DNA of 64,000 bases, from assembly GCF_006345805.1 (NCBI RefSeq), contig NC_043015.1:29450001-29514000 (forward strand). The letters run 5' to 3'. The notes under the pieces are model-generated. The model ran no database searches. It had not been told where the DNA came from and was given only the letters and a program-made list of their open reading frames with translations. The stretch comes from Octopus sinensis. Lineage: Eukaryota. The position numbers were made by a program, and so were the translations under genes. This document shows positions 52,786 through 64,000 of this stretch, in pieces; position 1 is the stretch's first letter, and each line of letters opens with the position of its first letter.

Positions 52786-53692
52786 AATATTTTATAATTA
52801 TGAGTATAATTATAATTAGGGTTCAGCAAAGATTTGCTTTACCACATACCGAAGTTTAGAAATAGCAGCCAAAGAACCTTAGCTATTTCTTCTACTGTAA
52901 GAAGAGACTCCCGTGCAAAAACAAAATACTTGAAACAACCCACGCAGACAGAGAGGAAAAATAACGAAAATCACTCTGTATTTTAGCCATCTCACTATGG
53001 CTAACCACTAAGGGTGGGTGTTACTGTAGCATTTTAGCCCTAGGAGAACATCGTCTCCAGCTGGCTTTAGGCCCACTTTCTGTGCCCTTATGGTATTTGC
53101 AAAGGGAGGTCATCCCTCTCTCGTAAACCTAAGTGACACGCACGGACTGCAGTTTCGAGGTAGTTGCCTGTCTTCGACGTACGGCAGTCACCGGTTTACG
53201 ATGAAAGGAAGACCTGTTTGCAAATACTTATAGGTTTTTCTAGTAACTTCCGTCACTGATTTCGAAAAACTGTCTGCAAGCAATAATAAATCTCTGAACG
53301 AGATGTAAACAGTAACCTAGAAACTTTACGAGAGAGGGATTACCTCCCTTCGCAAATACCATAAAGGCACAGAAAGTGTGCCTAAAGCCAGCTGGAGACG
53401 ATGACCTCCTGGGGCTAAAAAGCTACAGTAACACCCACCCTTAGTGGTTAGCCATAGTGAGATGGCTATTATACTTTACGTTGTCGAGCAGTTACTATTT
53501 ACATCTCGTTCAGAGATTTATTATCACTCTGTATTTGATTTTCAAGTATTTTGTTTTTGTCCGGGAGTCCCTTCTTATAGTAGAAGAAATAGCTAAGGTT
53601 CTTTGGCTGCTATTTCTAAACTTCGGTATGTGGTAAAGCAAATCTTTGCTGAACTACCCTAATTATAATTATACTCGTAATTATAAAATATT
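52786..53692. repeat. Nested fold-back (inverted repeat) structure
   Basis: Outer arms 52786-~52935 and ~53540-53692; inner arms 52984-53127 and 53325-53468. Confidence 0.85.
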
Positions 53693-53792
53693 AAGTTTAC
53701 CAAAAAAAATGGTCCTTTTTCATGCCGAATTCTACTTGGTGAAATTATTGATTACTAGTTATTAATTAATTTTACCCTTTATTATTATTGAT

Positions 53793-53875
<83 letters not shown>

Positions 53876-53961
53876 CCCTTCTTTCGGTATGTGACCTCGT
53901 GAGTACCACCGGCGATCTTTTTCCCTCTGTCTTCCCTTCTCGGGATCTTTCCTTCTCCTAT

Positions 53962-53996
53962 GTTTCCGACGAAGAGCTCCGCTCGAAACGTTAAAC
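53962..53996 (+). ncRNA. Degenerate minimal hammerhead-like motif in a short (TA)n-associated repeat (53875-54090)
   Basis: GTTT-CCGACGA-A-GAGC TCC GCTC-GAAA-CGTT-AAAC; position 4 is C; palindrome AACGTT. Confidence 0.5.
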
Positions 53997-54093
53997 CCTC
54001 CTTCTTTCCTGAGCGTCCAATAATACTTTATTTGTTCCACGTCCTTGCGTTGTTGTGTTTTTTTGTGCTTTCTTGTTTGGATTAACTTTATAT

Positions 54094-54162
<69 letters not shown>

Positions 54163-54392
54163 ATAACGAGTGAATGAGAATAACAACGAAGGGTTAAAAA
54201 AGCGTAAAAATATATTTGAAAATGAAAGAAAAATGAACCCAAAACATTAAAAGTTATTGAAAGTGGGCTGAAATAAACACTACGTAGTGTAGTACTACTA
54301 CGCAGTGGGACTGAACCCGGAACCATGTGGTTGGTAAGCAAGCTACTTACCACATACTCACTCCTGCGCCTATAAAAAAAAAAAAACTAAGC

Positions 54393-54465
54393 AGGTTCCG
54401 GCGAGGTTCGAACTCGCGGCCTTCTGCGTGTAAAGCAGACGTGATAACCACTACACCACGAAACC
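54393..54465 (-). tRNA. tRNA-Val (anticodon TAC)
   Basis: GGTTTCG/CGGAACC acceptor stem, TCTGC-TTTACAC-GCAGA anticodon arm, GCGAG-TTCGAAC-CTCGC T arm, A and B boxes, downstream oligo-T terminator. Confidence 0.92.
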
Positions 54466-56191
54466 ACTCGACGGGTGACGTGAATTTTTCGAAAGTCTTC
54501 TCTTCACCTCAAGATTTTCCACCCACAAATTACTTTATTACTTTATAGTCATAATGTGTGCGTTTCGAAGGTATTTATATAAAATTTCGTTGAAAAAAAC
54601 TCATTTGCCTAAAAGTTATGAGGGAGAAACTCGGATTTTGCGAATTTTTCAAAGTCCTCTCTCCACCCCCTTGGAAAAGATTTTTCCCCACAAATTTCTT
54701 TATAATCGTAATCTATGATGTTTGAAAGGTGTTTATATAAAATTTCGGCGATCTTTCCTTTCAGCTCGACATAATGTAAATGGGTTGTGCGTGCGTGCTT
54801 GTTCCTCTGTGTGGTGTGTGTGTGTGAGAGAGAGAGTGTGTTGTGTGTGTGTGTGTGTTGTGTGTGAGAGAGTGAGAGAGAGAGTGTGTTTGTGTGTGTG
54901 TGTGTGTGTATGTGTGTCTGTTTGTTCCTCTGTGTGCTATTTCTACATTCCACAACATATAAATACAAAAAAAAACCCCCACACATACACACACACACAC
55001 AAACAAGAACAAGCACGCACACACACACACACACACATACACACACGCACGCACAAACAAGAACGCACACACACACACACACACAACCATTAGCTTTCTA
55101 TTCCCAACTGACGACAGACAAGAAAACAAGTAAGTGGTCACGGAAATGACCGGATTCAATATTTACATTATTCCGAGTTAAAACGAAAGATCGCCAAAAT
55201 TTCATTAAAAGATCCTAACCATTTTCCCCTAAAAGTTACGAAGGAAAAAGTCGGACCTTCTGAATTTCCCTAAAGTCCTCCCCCCCCCCACACACACACA
55301 CTAAGATCGTTTTCGCAAATTTTTGTTTTCATATTCTCTTTTACAGTCTTTTTTTTTTTTTTGTTTAATTTAATGGCCGAGAGTTAAAATAAAGGCGATC
55401 TTTCGTCTCTAGTAGACCTTTCCGTCGATTTCCGTAAAAACAAATTATTTTTTTTTACATATGGGCTTGCGGGAACGTTTGAAGTAATATACATACATAT
55501 ACACATACACCGAGTAAAAATTTCAGTTATCTCTTTCTTTCACCCATTACTCTCTCTGTCTCTTCACACACACTAACAGAAGAACTTCACTTACACAACA
55601 TACTGTCTGTCTCCCACCCCCATCAAACACACACCACACACCGCACACACACACATGTACATCAATGCTTCCCATGCACGGTAACTTCAAAAGAACTTCC
55701 CTCGTCATAAAATCGCTTTCTCTTAGTCTCTTTCGGGATCATTACTTCAAAAGTTCCCGCAAGCCCATATGTAAGAAAAAAAATTTTTTTACGGAAATCG
55801 ACGGAAAGGTCTACTAGAGACGAAAGATTGCCAAAATAAATATTAACCAAATATACTTACTTGGAGAGAGTTTTGGTGGAAATCGAAGAGATAGTAGGCC
55901 GCGACAGCTGGAGTTTATCGAAATGAATTGCATTTAAATAGTATATTTTACGTAGTGTTTCGTTGAATAACCACTTTCACTTTCGTTTACTGAAAGTATT
56001 ATCTACATACATATATGGTCAAAATGACATTTGCGCATACATACATATTCACGCACACACACCTTTACACACACACGTCCACCTATACGGTTTTCCTACA
56101 AATGTGGGCAAAGGTAAAGCACGTGCGCACCACCCGTTTCCGATGTTTTGTGGGGTTCCAAACTCTTTTCAGAGTTCTATCTATCTATCTA

Positions 56192-56231
<40 letters not shown>

Positions 56232-56245
56232 ATATATATATATAT

Positions 56246-56298
<53 letters not shown>

Positions 56299-56315
56299 TA
56301 TACACAATATATATA

Positions 56316-56348
<33 letters not shown>

Positions 56349-56414
56349 CAAAAATATATACACACAAATATATATATGTACATATATATATATATATATA
56401 CACAAATATATATA

Positions 56415-56489
<75 letters not shown>

Positions 56490-56494
<5 letters not shown>

Positions 56495-56735
56495 CAACAT
56501 CACCATCAAAATACAGGTCCAGATACTGCAACAGCTTGGGTTTCAGAGGACCACAGCTCTTTAACATCCTCCCTAATGCCTGAGAGACTTACATGGTGTG
56601 GATGTGGGTTTCTTTAAAACTAAACTGGATCTCTTCTTGTTGGGAGTCCCAGATGAACCTACCTCACGACAGGAGACACGGATGCGGGCAGCAGCATCGA
56701 ACTCCCTTGTTGATCAAGTGCCACGTATCAGAGGT
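56490..56735 (+). mobile_element. CR1/L2-like LINE 3' fragment
   Basis: [44 protein letters not shown]...AAASNSLVDQ. Confidence 0.75.
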
Positions 56736-56859
56736 GGATTCACAAACTAGTGTAGCTCATTCAGCGGTGGTGCCCCAGCATGGCCGCGGCCTTCGGGCTA
56801 AAACATTTTTAAGGATTTAAGGATTTATATATATATATATATATATATACATACATACA

Positions 56860-57270
56860 TAGGCGCAGGAGTGGCTGTGTGGTAAGTAGCTTGTTTACCA
56901 ACCACATGGTTCCGGGTTCAGCCCCACTGCATGGCACCTTGGGCAAGTGTCTTTTACTATAGCCTCGGGCCGACCAAAGCCTTGTGAGTAGATTTGGTAG
57001 ACGGAAACTGAAAGAAGCCCGTCGTATATATGTATATGTATATATATGTGTGTGTTTGTGTGTCCGTGTTTGCCCCCCTAGCATTGCTTGACAACCGATG
57101 CTGGTGTGTTTATGTCCCCGTTACTTAGCGGTGCGGCAAAAGAGACCGATAGAATAAGTACTGGGCTTACAAAGAATAAGTGCCGGGGTCGAGTTGCTCG
57201 ATTAAAGGCGGTGCTCCAGCATGGCCACAGTCAAATGACCGAAACAAGTAAAAGAGTAAAAGAGTAAAGA
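56860..57270 (+). mobile_element. tRNA-derived CORE-like SINE, full length
   Basis: GGCGCAGGAGTGGCTGTGTGGTAAGTAGC head to GAGTAAAAGAG tail. Confidence 0.88.
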
Positions 57271-57739
57271 GTATATATATATTATATAAACGCACGCACA
57301 CACATAGAGATAGAAAGTGACAGAGAGATAGGATTTGGTGAAAGAAAAAAAAGGAGAAATAGAACTCAATACAAGAGGTTAGGCATAGTTTTTTTTTTTA
57401 ATCGGCTGAAAAGTTACAAAAGACATTCGAAGTCCTCGACTAACTTAATATACATTCATAGATATAGACACGTATGTACTTTTACGTGTGTGCAAGACGG
57501 GCAAACACTCAAAGAGAGAAAGAAAAAGATAGAAAACGAAAGAGGAATTCATTAGAACCGATAATGAAAGAAACTTTTTATTAATGTAATCATTAAGCGC
57601 ATGCGTTAATAGAGACGTAGGCGTGGTTGCGTGTTAAGAAGGTTGCATTTTCAGCTACGTGGAGGGCACTGCCGTCCTCGATATGATCGGAACTTTCTTA
57701 TTGTATTAGGTAAAACTGAAAGAAGTTCGTCTTATATAT

Positions 57740-58470
57740 GTATTTCATCCTTTCGGGGTCGATTTTTTAAGTACCTATTTCTTTATTACCCACGAGGGGC
57801 TAAACATAGAGGGGTCAAACGAGGACAGACATAGATATTAAGTCGATTACATCGACAACGGAACGCAACTGGTACTTAATTTATCGACCCCAAAAGGATG
57901 AAAGGCAAAGTCGAGATCGGCGGAATTTGAACTCACAACGTAACGGCAGCCGAAATACCTATTTCTTTACTACCCACAAGGGGCTACACACAGAGGGGAC
58001 AAACAGGGACAGACATAGGTATTAAGTCGATTACATCGACCCAGTGCGTAACTGGTACTTAATTTATCGACCCCAAAAGGATGAAAGGCAAAGTCGAGAT
58101 CGGCGGAATTTGAACTCACAACGTAACGGCAGCCGAAATACCTATTTCTTTACTACCCACAAGGGGCTACACACAGAGGGGACAAACAAGGGCAGACAAA
58201 CGGATTAAGTCGATTATATCGACCCAGTGCGTAACTGGTACTTAATTTATCGACCCCAAAAGGATGAAAGGCAAAGTCGACCTCGGCGGAATTTGAACTC
58301 AGAACGTAGTGGCAGACGAAATATCGGTAAGCATTTCACCCGACGTGCTAACGTTTCTGCCAGCTCGCCGCCTTCGAATAAATTAAGTACCAGTTACGCA
58401 CTGGGTCGATGTAATCGACTTAATCCGTTTGTCTGTCCCTGTTTGTCCCCCTCTGTGTTTAGCCCCTTGT
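57740..58470. repeat. ~183-bp tandem units of a dispersed repeat, ending in an inverted fragment
   Basis: GGTACTTAATTTATCGACCCCAAAAGGATGAAAGGCAAAGTCGA near 57871, 58055 and 58237. Confidence 0.85.
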
Positions 58471-58486
58471 GGATAGTAAAGAAATG

Positions 58487-58517
<31 letters not shown>

Positions 58518-58539
58518 ATATATATATATATATATTATA

Positions 58540-60985
58540 ATAAAGGCTTAGTAAAATAAATTACTTTGCCGCATACTGAACTCATTAGAAATAGCAGCTA
58601 AAAAACTTTTTTAAGGCTATTTCTAATACTTAAGAAAATCTCTCTCATATATAGTGTTTGCATAATTTAACTCACAAAAGTTTGGGGGTAATGACATCGA
58701 AAAATCAAATGCTAAGGTTATTCGAGAACGTACGTTTCAAATTAGTCAAAACAACATTTCTATCATCGGCTCGGAAATTCCTTGGTTTGGATTTGAAACA
58801 CTGAAAATAAGAACATACCCTCTCGAGATCTGCTCCCAACTAACAGTGTCAACAAATTCAAAATAAGCAAGCGAAGAATCTCTGTTCTCCCCTTTCCACC
58901 AGCGTGGGTAAAATCATCAAACTCTATGCTTATTTCGGTAAAGTCCGAAGCATTATCAGAGGGAGATAATTATAATTTCAACAATTGAGGGCAAAATTAA
59001 TTAATTATTAATCAATTTCACACAATGTTCAGTATGCAAAGGGACCATTCAAGGCGAATTCAAATTATTACATTATATAAAAGGGCTTAGTAAAATAAAT
59101 TACTTTGCCGCATACTGAACTCATTAGAAATAGCAGCTAAAAAACTTTTTTAAGGCTATTTCTAATACTTAAGAAAATCTCTCTCATATATAGTGTTTGC
59201 ATAATTTAACTCACAAAAGTTTGGGGGTAATGACATCGAAAAATCAAATGCTAAGGTTATTCGAGAACGTACGTTTCAAGATTAGTCAAAACAACATTTC
59301 TATCATCGGCTCGGAAATTCCTTGGTTTGGATTTGGAAACACTGAAAATAAGAACATACCCTCTCGAAGATCTGCTCCCAACTAACAGTGTCAACAAATT
59401 CAAAATAAGCAAGCGAAGAATCTCTGTTCTCCCCTCCACCTTTCCACCAGCGTGGGTTAAAATCATCAAACTCTATGCTTATTTCGGTAAAGTCCGAAGC
59501 ATTAATCAGAGGGAGATTAATTATAATTTCAACAATTGAGGGCAAAATTAATTAATTATTAATCAATTTCACCAAGTGTTCAGTATGCAAGGGACCATTC
59601 AAGGCGAATTCAAATTATTACATTATAAAAAGGGCTTAGTAAAATAAATTACTTTGCCGCATACTGAACTCATTAGAAATAGCAGCTAAAAAACTTTTTT
59701 AAGGCTATTTCTAATACTTAAGAAAATCTCTCTCATATATAGTGTTTGCATAATTTAACTCACAAAAGTTTGGGGGTAATGACATCGAAAAATCAAATGC
59801 TAAGGTTATTCGAGAACGTACGTTTCAAGATTAGTCAAAACAACATTTCTATCATCGGCTCAGAAATTCCTTGGTTTGGATTTGGAAACACTGAAAATAA
59901 GAACATACCCTCTCGAAGATCTGCTCCCAACTAACAGTGTCAACAAATTCAAAATAAGCAAGCGAAGAATCTCTGTTCTCCCCCCCTTTCCACCAGCGTG
60001 GGTTAAAATCATCAAACTCTATGCTTATTTCGGTAAAGTCCGAAGCATTAATCAGAGGGAGATTAATTATAATTTCAACAATTGAGGGCAAAATTAATTA
60101 ATTATTAATCAATTTCACCAAGTGTTCAGTATGCAAAGGGACCATTCAAGGCGAATTCAAATTATTACATTATATAAAAGGGCTTCATTACCCCCAAACT
60201 TTTGTGAGTTAAATTATGCAAACACTATATATGAGAGAGATTTTCTTTAAGTATTAGAAATAGCCTTAAAAAAGTTTTTTAGCTGCTATTTCTAATGAGT
60301 TCAGTATGCGGCAAAGTAATTTATTTTACTAAGCCCTTTTATATAATGTAATAATTTGAATTCGCCTTGAATGGTCCCTTTGCATACTGAACACTTGGTG
60401 AAATTGATTAATAATTAATTAATTTTGCCCTCAATTGTTGAAATTATAATTAATCTCCCTCTGATTAATGCTTCGGACTTTACCGAAATAAGCATAGAGT
60501 TTGATGATTTTAACCCACGCTGGTGGAAAGGGGAGAACAGAGATTCTTCGCTTGCTTATTTTGAATTTGTTGACACTGTTAGTTGGGAGCAGATCTTCGA
60601 GAGGGTATGTTCTTATTTTCAGTGTTTCCAAATCCAAACCAGGAATTTCCGAGCCGATGATAGAAATGTTGTTTTGACTAATCTTGAAACGTACGTTCTC
60701 GAATAACCTAGCATTTGATTTTTCGATGTCATTACCCCCAAACTTTTGTGAGTTAAATTATGCCAAACACTATATATGAGAGAGATTTTCTTTAAGTATT
60801 AGAAATAGCCTTAAAAAAGTTTTTTAGCTGCTATTTCTAATGAGTTCAGTATGCGGCAAAGTAATTTATTTTACTAAGCCCTTTTATATAATGTAATAAT
60901 TTGAATTCGCCTTGAATGGTCCCTTTGCATACTGAACACTTGGTGAAATTGATTAATAATTAATTAATTTTGCCCTCAATTGTTG
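58540..60985. repeat. ~545-bp tandem array: 3 direct units, then ~1.5 inverted units, flanked by (TA)n
   Basis: GAGAACGTACGTTTC near 58724, 59263 and 59812; orientation switch at ~60186; same family as 35066-35872. Confidence 0.92.
60650..60701 (+). ncRNA. Hammerhead-like motif of the 545-bp unit (minus-strand copies at ~58722-58773, ~59262-59313 and ~59811-59862)
   Basis: CGAG-CCGATGA-TAGAAATGTT GTTTT GACTAATCTT-GAAA-CGTACG-TT-CTCG; core position 4 is C. Confidence 0.5.
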
Positions 60986-61058
60986 AAATTATATATATAT
61001 ATATATATATATAAATAAGGGTCATTACTAGGGCAATCTTTTTAACGTTAAAAATTAC

Positions 61059-61344
61059 GGTACTACTGGAGAACAGTGGTCTCGGTGCGCGCACTCGTGT
61101 ACTCGCGCATCCGCGCTAGCTAGTCGTGACTAGTCGATCCTGCAACGACTACGTAGCAAAGTAAATAAAACACAAAATAAATTTTTTAAATTTACACAGT
61201 AAATAAAACACAAAGTAAATAATTTTTTTAAACAAAGTAAATAGCACAAAAACACAAAGTAAGGATCGACTAGTTATGACTAGCTAGCGCGGATGCGCGA
61301 CTACGCGAGTGCGCGCACCGGGACCACTGTTCTCAAGTAGTACC
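61059..61344. mobile_element. MITE-like or fold-back element with 83-bp GC-rich inverted repeats
   Basis: 61059-61141 pairs with 61262-61344 with about 6 mismatches; A-rich spacer. Confidence 0.7.
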
Positions 61345-61399
61345 AGAAATTACTTGATTTTAACCGTATTTTTTAAACTTTATTGACAGATTTTAACAT

Positions 61400-61730
61400 T
61401 ATTACTCTTTACTCTTTTACTTGTTTCAGTCATCTGACTGCGGCCATGCTGGAGCACCGCCTTTAATCGAGAACCGCTAAGTTACGGGGACATAAACACA
61501 CCAGCATCGGTTGTCAAGCAATGCTAGGGGGACAAACACAAACAAACACGCACACATATATATAGATATATACGACGGGCTTCTTTCAGTTTCCATCTAC
61601 CAATCCACTCACAAGGCTTTGGTTGGCCCGAGGCTATAGTAGAAGACACTTGCCCAAGGTGCCACGCAGTGGGACTGAACCCGGAACCATGTGGTTGGTA
61701 AACAAACTACTTACCACACAGCCACTCAAA
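61400..61730 (-). mobile_element. tRNA-derived CORE-like SINE
   Basis: Reverse complement of the family consensus. Confidence 0.85.
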
Positions 61731-61829
61731 TCCATAAACATTTGGTAGTTCACTCTAGTTTTGATTACTTTGTGCTATACTAGTATTGTCAGTACAGTTT
61801 AAAAAATAACCATTGTGAAAATTTATTAT

Positions 61830-62052
61830 TTTCCTTTTACTTGTTGCAGTCATTTGACTGTGGCCATGTTGGAGCACCACCTTTAGTCGAGCAAATCGAC
61901 CCAAGGACTTATTCTTTATAAGCCTTAGTACTTATTCTATCGGTCTCACTTACCGAACCGCTACGTTACGTGGACGTAAACACACCAGTATCTGTTGTCA
62001 AGCGATGTTGGGGGAGGGGGGGTGATAAACACAGACACACAAACATATGCAT

Positions 62053-62133
<81 letters not shown>

Positions 62134-62310
62134 AATATATACACGACAGGCTTCTTTCAGTTTCCGTCTACCAAATCCACTCACAAGGCTTTGGTCGGCC
62201 CGAGGCTTTAGTAGAAGACACTCGCTCAAGGTGCCACACAGTGGGACTGAATCCGGAACCATGTGGTTGGTAAGCAAGCTACTTACCACACAGCCACTCT
62301 TGCGCCTATA
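61830..62310 (-). mobile_element. tRNA-derived CORE-like SINE with internal TA expansion
   Basis: Reverse complement of the family consensus. Confidence 0.85.
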
Positions 62311-62549
62311 TGATATAATGCTTTATATTTCTAGACAAAAATTTCCTGTCCTACAAGGACTTCTTTCAGCACCAGAAAACGGCGTTCTACAGCAGCTAGT
62401 GTCACTTGGCATTGTTTCAGATCTGCATATTTCTCAGGTGAATCTTTGGGGTTCATTAAATTCAATAAATTCATGACATGGGTCTTTGTTGAATTTCAAT
62501 TCCCTGAGGCTTTGTAAGCATCGTAGATGGTGAAGGCTGTTGATTTAAT

Positions 62550-62832
62550 CATCATCATCATCATCGTTTAGCGTCCATTTTCCATGCTAGCACGGGTTGG
62601 ACGATTCGACCGGGGTCTGGGAAGCCAGGAGGCTGCACCAGGCTCCAGTCTGATCTGGCAGTGTTTCTACAGCTGGATGCCCTTCCTAACGCCAACCACT
62701 CTGCGAGTGTAGTGGGTGCTTTTTACGTGCCACTGGCACAGGTGCCAGGGGAGTCTGGCAGCGACCACGATCGGTTGGTGCTTTTAACGTGCCACCGGCA
62801 CGGAAGCCAGTCAAGGCGGCGCTGGCATCGGG
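62550..62832 (-). mobile_element. (GAT)n-tailed dispersed element
   Basis: Same family; ends in CACGGAAGCCAGTCAAGGCGGCGCTGGCATCGG, a close reverse-complement match to part of the satellite monomer. Confidence 0.85.
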
Positions 62833-62974
62833 CACAGCTTTCAAAATCAACTCTTTCAACTGCAGATCGATATGATTAAAATCTCCACTGGTGTAGGATA
62901 TAGCTTAGTCACCCATATAGTTATTTAATAGGGCACTATCCCCAATGACTGGTGTAGTGGTATTATAGTTAGCT

Positions 62975-63167
62975 GCTATAAGGGTAAAGGTGATGCCTTA
63001 AATAGAAACAACTACAGAAGCATTAAATTACTAGACCAAGTCATGAAAATTACAGAGAGGGTTGTAGCTCAATTGATTAGAAATAGAATTAAACTAGATG
63101 AGATGAAGTTTCATTTTGTACCTGGGAAGAGTATCACAGCTGCTATATTCCTAGTGAGACAGCTGCA
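62975..63167 (+). mobile_element. RTE-clade LINE reverse transcriptase fragment
   Basis: YKGKGDALNRNNYRSIKLLDQVMKITERVVAQLIRNRIKLDEMKFHFVPGKSITAAIFLVRQLQ. Confidence 0.85.
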
Positions 63168-63239
63168 GTATCTAAAATCTACCTTAACACTGTAGGACAG
63201 GAAATTTTTGTCTAGAAATATAAAGCATTATATCATATA

Positions 63240-63640
63240 GGCGCAAGAGTGGCTGTGTGGTAAGTAGCTTGCTTACCAACCACATGGTTCCGGATTCAGT
63301 CCCACTGCGTGGCACCTTGAGCAAGTGTCTCCTACTATAGCCTCGGGCCGACCAAAGCCTTGTGAGTGGACTTGGTAGACGGAAACTGAAAGAAGCCTGT
63401 CGTATATGTATATATATATGTGTATGTATATGTTTGTGTGTCTGTGTTTGTCCCCACCCCCCCCAACATCGCTTGACAACAGATGCTGGTGTGTTTACGT
63501 CATCGTAACTTAGCCGGTTCGGTAAGTGAGACCGATAGAATAAGTACTAGGCTTATAAAGAATAAGTCCTGGGGTCGATTTGCTCGACTAAAGGCGGTGC
63601 TCCAACATGGCCACAGTCAAATGACTGCAACAAATAAATT
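63240..63640 (+). mobile_element. tRNA-derived CORE-like SINE
   Basis: GGCGCAAGAGTGGCTGTGTGGTAAGTAGC head and body. Confidence 0.85.
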
Positions 63641-63779
63641 GTTAAAGTTCAAGTCTCATCTCTTTCACCTGCTTGACTGTTATTTTATTTTATCTAGTTT
63701 CAGCTCACGAGCTGTGGCCATGCTGGGGCACCGCCATTTGGTATTACTACATGATTTTACTTCACGAGTGCTTTTTAGC

Positions 63780-64000
63780 AATTGCCATTTGGTGCATGAG
63801 AGAGTTCAATGCAGCTGCCCTCATCTGCACCTCCTGCCGTGAAGTTGGTTCATCTGGGACACCTGACAGGAAGAGATCCAGTTTTATTTTAAAGACATTT
63901 GCATCCACCCCATGCAGGTCTCTCAGGTTCTTCGGAAGGATATTGAAGAGCTGTGGGCCTCTGAAGCCCAGGCTGTCACAGTATCTTGTCCTACATCTTG
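63780..64000 (-). mobile_element. CR1/L2-like LINE 3' fragment, same family as 56490-56735
   Basis: [50 protein letters not shown]. Confidence 0.78.

Noticed and set aside
55853-55864. ATACTTACTTGG resembling the U1 snRNA 5' end
   Set aside because: The downstream sequence shows no U1 stem-loops or Sm site; it is more simply a chance match or the reverse complement of a splice donor.
59257-59545. Ras-like GTPase fragment (FEFVDTVSWEQ...GYVLIFSV) in the 545-bp unit
   Set aside because: It needs a frameshift, lacks the P-loop and NKxD motifs, and the frames are not conserved between copies.

Overview
Eukaryotic, AT-rich and repeat-dense genomic DNA. The SINE, microsatellite and LINE repertoire looks like an octopus (cephalopod) genome; that assignment is inference. 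Bases 1-12360 are a 67-bp tandem satellite that grew out of the internal repeat unit of a dispersed element. Two tandem paralogous zinc-finger MYND genes lie on the minus strand. Gene B (39276-45390) can be spliced by eye into a 4-exon, 562-aa ORF with 3 MYND fingers and an unrecognised C-terminal domain. Gene A (13826-22891) has a 9-unit coding VNTR and four tandem copies of a symmetric phase 1-1 MYND exon, and its 3' exons are not in the window. A frameshifted Penelope-like retroelement (RT plus GIY-YIG) has 805-bp inverted pseudo-LTRs that each carry a type I hammerhead ribozyme. Three further, unrelated repeat families also carry type I hammerhead-like motifs with palindromic stem III, including a 361-bp retrozyme-like tandem repeat and ~545-bp fold-back arrays. 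The window also holds one tRNA-Val(TAC), non-autonomous Helitrons, tRNA-derived SINEs, CR1/L2-like and RTE LINE fragments, and many microsatellites. Most ORFs in the supplied track are artefacts of repeats. All structures were read by eye, and most repeat boundaries are approximate.
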